NCBI RefSeq assembly: GCF_009914755.1
Contig: NC_060928.1
Direction: 5' to 3' (one strand)
From: the human T2T-CHM13v2.0 reference genome, Homo sapiens
DNA: 64,000 nt
Under the pieces are notes generated by a model. That model was not told where the DNA came from, did no database searches, and worked only from the letters and a program-made list of their open reading frames with translations. Below are positions 60,735 through 64,000 of this stretch, piece by piece. The translations under genes and the position numbers were made by a program. Position 1 is the stretch's first letter, and each line of letters opens with the position of its first letter.

Positions 60735-61965
60735 AGACCTCATTGTACCTAACTATACACACCAAAACTTACTCAAAATGAACAGTCAAAATATAAAGGC
60801 AAAAGCTATAAAACTTTTATATAAAACATAGGGGCAAATCTTCATGATCTCAGATTTGGCAATGGATTCTTTGATTTGGAACCAAAAGCAAGAAGAACAA
60901 AAGAAAACAAAGACATATTGGACTTCACAAAATTATAAAAAACCTTTTGTACATCAAAGGATATAATCAAGAATGCGAAAAGGCAAATTGCAGTATGGAA
61001 GAAAATATTTTCAAATCATTATCTGATAAGGATTCAATGGAATACATAAAAGACTCTTAAAACTCAACAACAACAACAAAAAACCAAACAACCCAGCTTA
61101 AAAGTGGTCAAAGATCTTGCATAAGCATTCTAGTCAAGATGAGAACAATATATTATTGGCCAACAAGTACATGAATAGATATTCAATGTTATTGGTCTTT
61201 AAGAAAATGAAAATCAAAACTATGAGCTAGCACTGTACACTCACTGGTTGGCTTTAAGGAAGAAAATGAAAAATAATAAGTGTTGATGAGTATGTGAAGA
61301 AATACGAATCCTTGTACTTTGCAGATGGGAATGTACAATGATGCAGGATTTGTGGAAAACGGTTTGGTTGATTCTCAAAAATTTAAACATAGAATTACTA
61401 TATAACCCAATACTTTGAGGTATATACCAAGAGAAATAAAAATATATATCCACATAGAAATGTGTACATGTATTTTTATAATGACTCTCATTCATATAGC
61501 CAAAAGGCAACAACTCTAATGAACATCAGTATGTGAATGGGTAAACATATTGTGCTATGTGCATACAATGTAATATTATTGTGTCATAAAAAGAAACAAA
61601 ATACCAATCACGCTACAACTAGATGAACTTGGAAAATATTATGTTAGTAAAAAGGGAACAGAGACATGAGGTCACATATTGTATGTTTCCTTTTACATAA
61701 TGTATTCTGAATAGGCAAATCCATAGAGACAAAAGCAAGTTAGAGGCTACCAGGGAAAGGGAAAAGGATTGAGTGGGAATTGATTGCAAAATGTGCTCTG
61801 GATGTTTTTATGAAGTGATAAAAAGGTTTTAGAACTAGAGAGAGAGCTAGTGGTTGAACAACATTGTGAATATATTAAATACTAAATTAGACACTAAATA
61901 TCACTGAATTGTACAGTTTAAAATCATTAACCATATATTCTGTAAATTTTACCTTCAAAAAAAAT
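60735..61965 (+). mobile_element. L1MB-like 3' fragment
   Basis: Degenerate 3' ORF2 and UTR (gaataggcaaatccatagagac...cactgaattgtacagtttaaaat), A tail. Confidence 0.8.
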
Positions 61966-63001
61966 AAAGCAAAGAGAAAATAAGTGGATGGAATTCCATG
62001 ACTAACAATGTAGTACAAAGGCAAAGAGGAAGACGTAGGATTCCAGGGAAACAGAGAAAAAAGATTTAACGGATCCACAGTAGCCCCCAGGCAGAAAGAG
62101 GTGAATAAGAAAGTCATCAGAAGAGCAAGGGTCCTCCACAAAGCACTTGCTGGAAGCCACCACAAATGTGGAGAAGATGGGGCTAGTTGAACAAGGTGGA
62201 CACACTCTTTCCCCTGTCCTGTCTATGATGATCACTGCTTTCCACATTTTTCTGACATCTATGTTTGCAATTATCTCAGGAACTGTGCACCTTATCTGCC
62301 TCTAGGGAAGGAAGAGAGTAACTTAGGGAAATGAAAATAAGACAAGTGGCCCCGTGGAGATCTTTCTGAGTTCAGGACAGCCTGGTTACCACTATCAGAA
62401 GAGCCCATCTACAGAGCATCAGAGAAATGAATGTCAGATCACCTGGGGACACTGGTGGAGTATATATCTGTTCCCTGGTTTTACCTTTGCCATTGTATGC
62501 ACAGGCAGAAAGAGGTTATATATCATTACAAAAAGCTGGAGGAAACCTAGAGAGGTTCAATTCTTATTTCACTATGGTCGGCTTCTATCTTTCAGGAAAC
62601 TGCTTTATACCTTTCGTTCACTTGAAAACAGTCTGAAGATAAAAATATTTTCCCAAACGATTTTAACAGGCTCTAAAGAGCAAATTCAACTTCAAAAATC
62701 AACAAAAGGAGCACAAACATGCACAAAGTTGACTCCGCCATTTCATGATCAAATTATAGAGGAAACTTTTATTTTACTTACGTAATATTTTTCATACAAT
62801 AGAAGAAGGTGATAAAATAGATTACCTTTTATCCGGTAAGAGAAATAGAAGCCTGACACCATTTCAGGATTTTCCATGTTTTCTTTTCTCAAATTTCATT
62901 CAGAAGAAAAACAGTTTGCACACTTATGATTAAAGAAAAAAAAGTGCTGTTTCAATCATTTAATATAACCCACATAACTTAATGTTTTTGTGCTTAATTA
63001 A

Positions 63002-63300
<299 letters not shown>

Positions 63301-63393
63301 TGTTTGTATTAATTTTCTTCCAAATGCCGAAAAATTACAAAGTATTTCACCTCTGATACAGCAAAAAGTCACTTTAACTTGGTTCTTTAGATA

Positions 63394-63642
63394 CTGTCTT
63401 AGTACATTTGGGTGGTATTACAAAATTCCTTAAACAAGGTAGCTTATAAACAACAGACATTTATTTTGTTATGGAGGCTGGAAAGTCCAAGATCAAGTCA
63501 GATTTGGTATCTGGTGAGGGTCAACTTTCTGGATCATAGATAGCGACTTCCTGCCGTGTCCTCACATGATGGAAGAAACGAAAAAGCTTCGTTGGGTCTC
63601 CTTGATAAGGGTATTAATCCCTGAGGATTAGTACATGAGGGG
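63394..63642 (-). mobile_element. MLT1A/MLT1A0 LTR (partial)
   Basis: tgtcttagt...gcttataaacaacagacatttatt...ggaggctggaaagtccaagatcaag...gtgtcctcacatg. Confidence 0.82.
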
Positions 63643-64000
63643 ATATCGCAGATATGAGAATAAACCAGTAAACACATGATTTGTATCTAGATGTGAAACT
63701 ACCTAAATGGAAATCCAAGTATTTTTGTCTGTTTTGTTTGTTTTTAATCCAAGCTGGGCTTTAAAATGGAAATATCTTGTTAAAAAACTCACAGGTTGAG
63801 TCTTTTAAAACAAACCCCTCTTCATCAATGACAAAGAAAATGGGCTTAGCATTTTTATTTCTGGGATGAAAAGAATAATTCCCAGCTTCTCATCTCAGGC
63901 TGAAATTTCTAATCAGAAGCCCAGTGGTCGGAATATTTTCTACAAATAGTCATATAGCAACTACTTTCACCTTTGCAAGCCATTCATTCTTTGTCACAAC

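Noticed and set aside
62354-62785. 143-aa ORF in apparently unique sequence
   Set aside because: Starts at GTG, no recognisable motif and no supported splice structure.

Overview
Human (primate) genomic DNA. An AluYb8 at 26649-26960 points to Homo sapiens. The window is AT-rich and dominated by decayed and nested transposable elements: L1 copies of many ages, Alus, MaLR (MSTA, MSTB, MSTC-like, MLT1A), ERVL/MLT2, two LTR12 (ERV9) LTRs, an internally deleted two-LTR ERV1-class provirus, MIR/L2 relics and microsatellites. I found no host protein-coding gene, tRNA, rRNA or CRISPR array. The supplied ORFs are broken L1 ORF2 pieces or chance frames in repeats. I do not see a previously undescribed biological system. 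The most notable observations concern insertion history: a probable L1 3' transduction, a multi-layer nest truncated by a deletion, a twin-primed 5'-inverted L1 that also carries a 28-bp micro-inversion, a young AluYb8, and a palindromic 26-bp tandem repeat. Subfamily names come from recalled consensus sequences and need RepeatMasker/Dfam confirmation.
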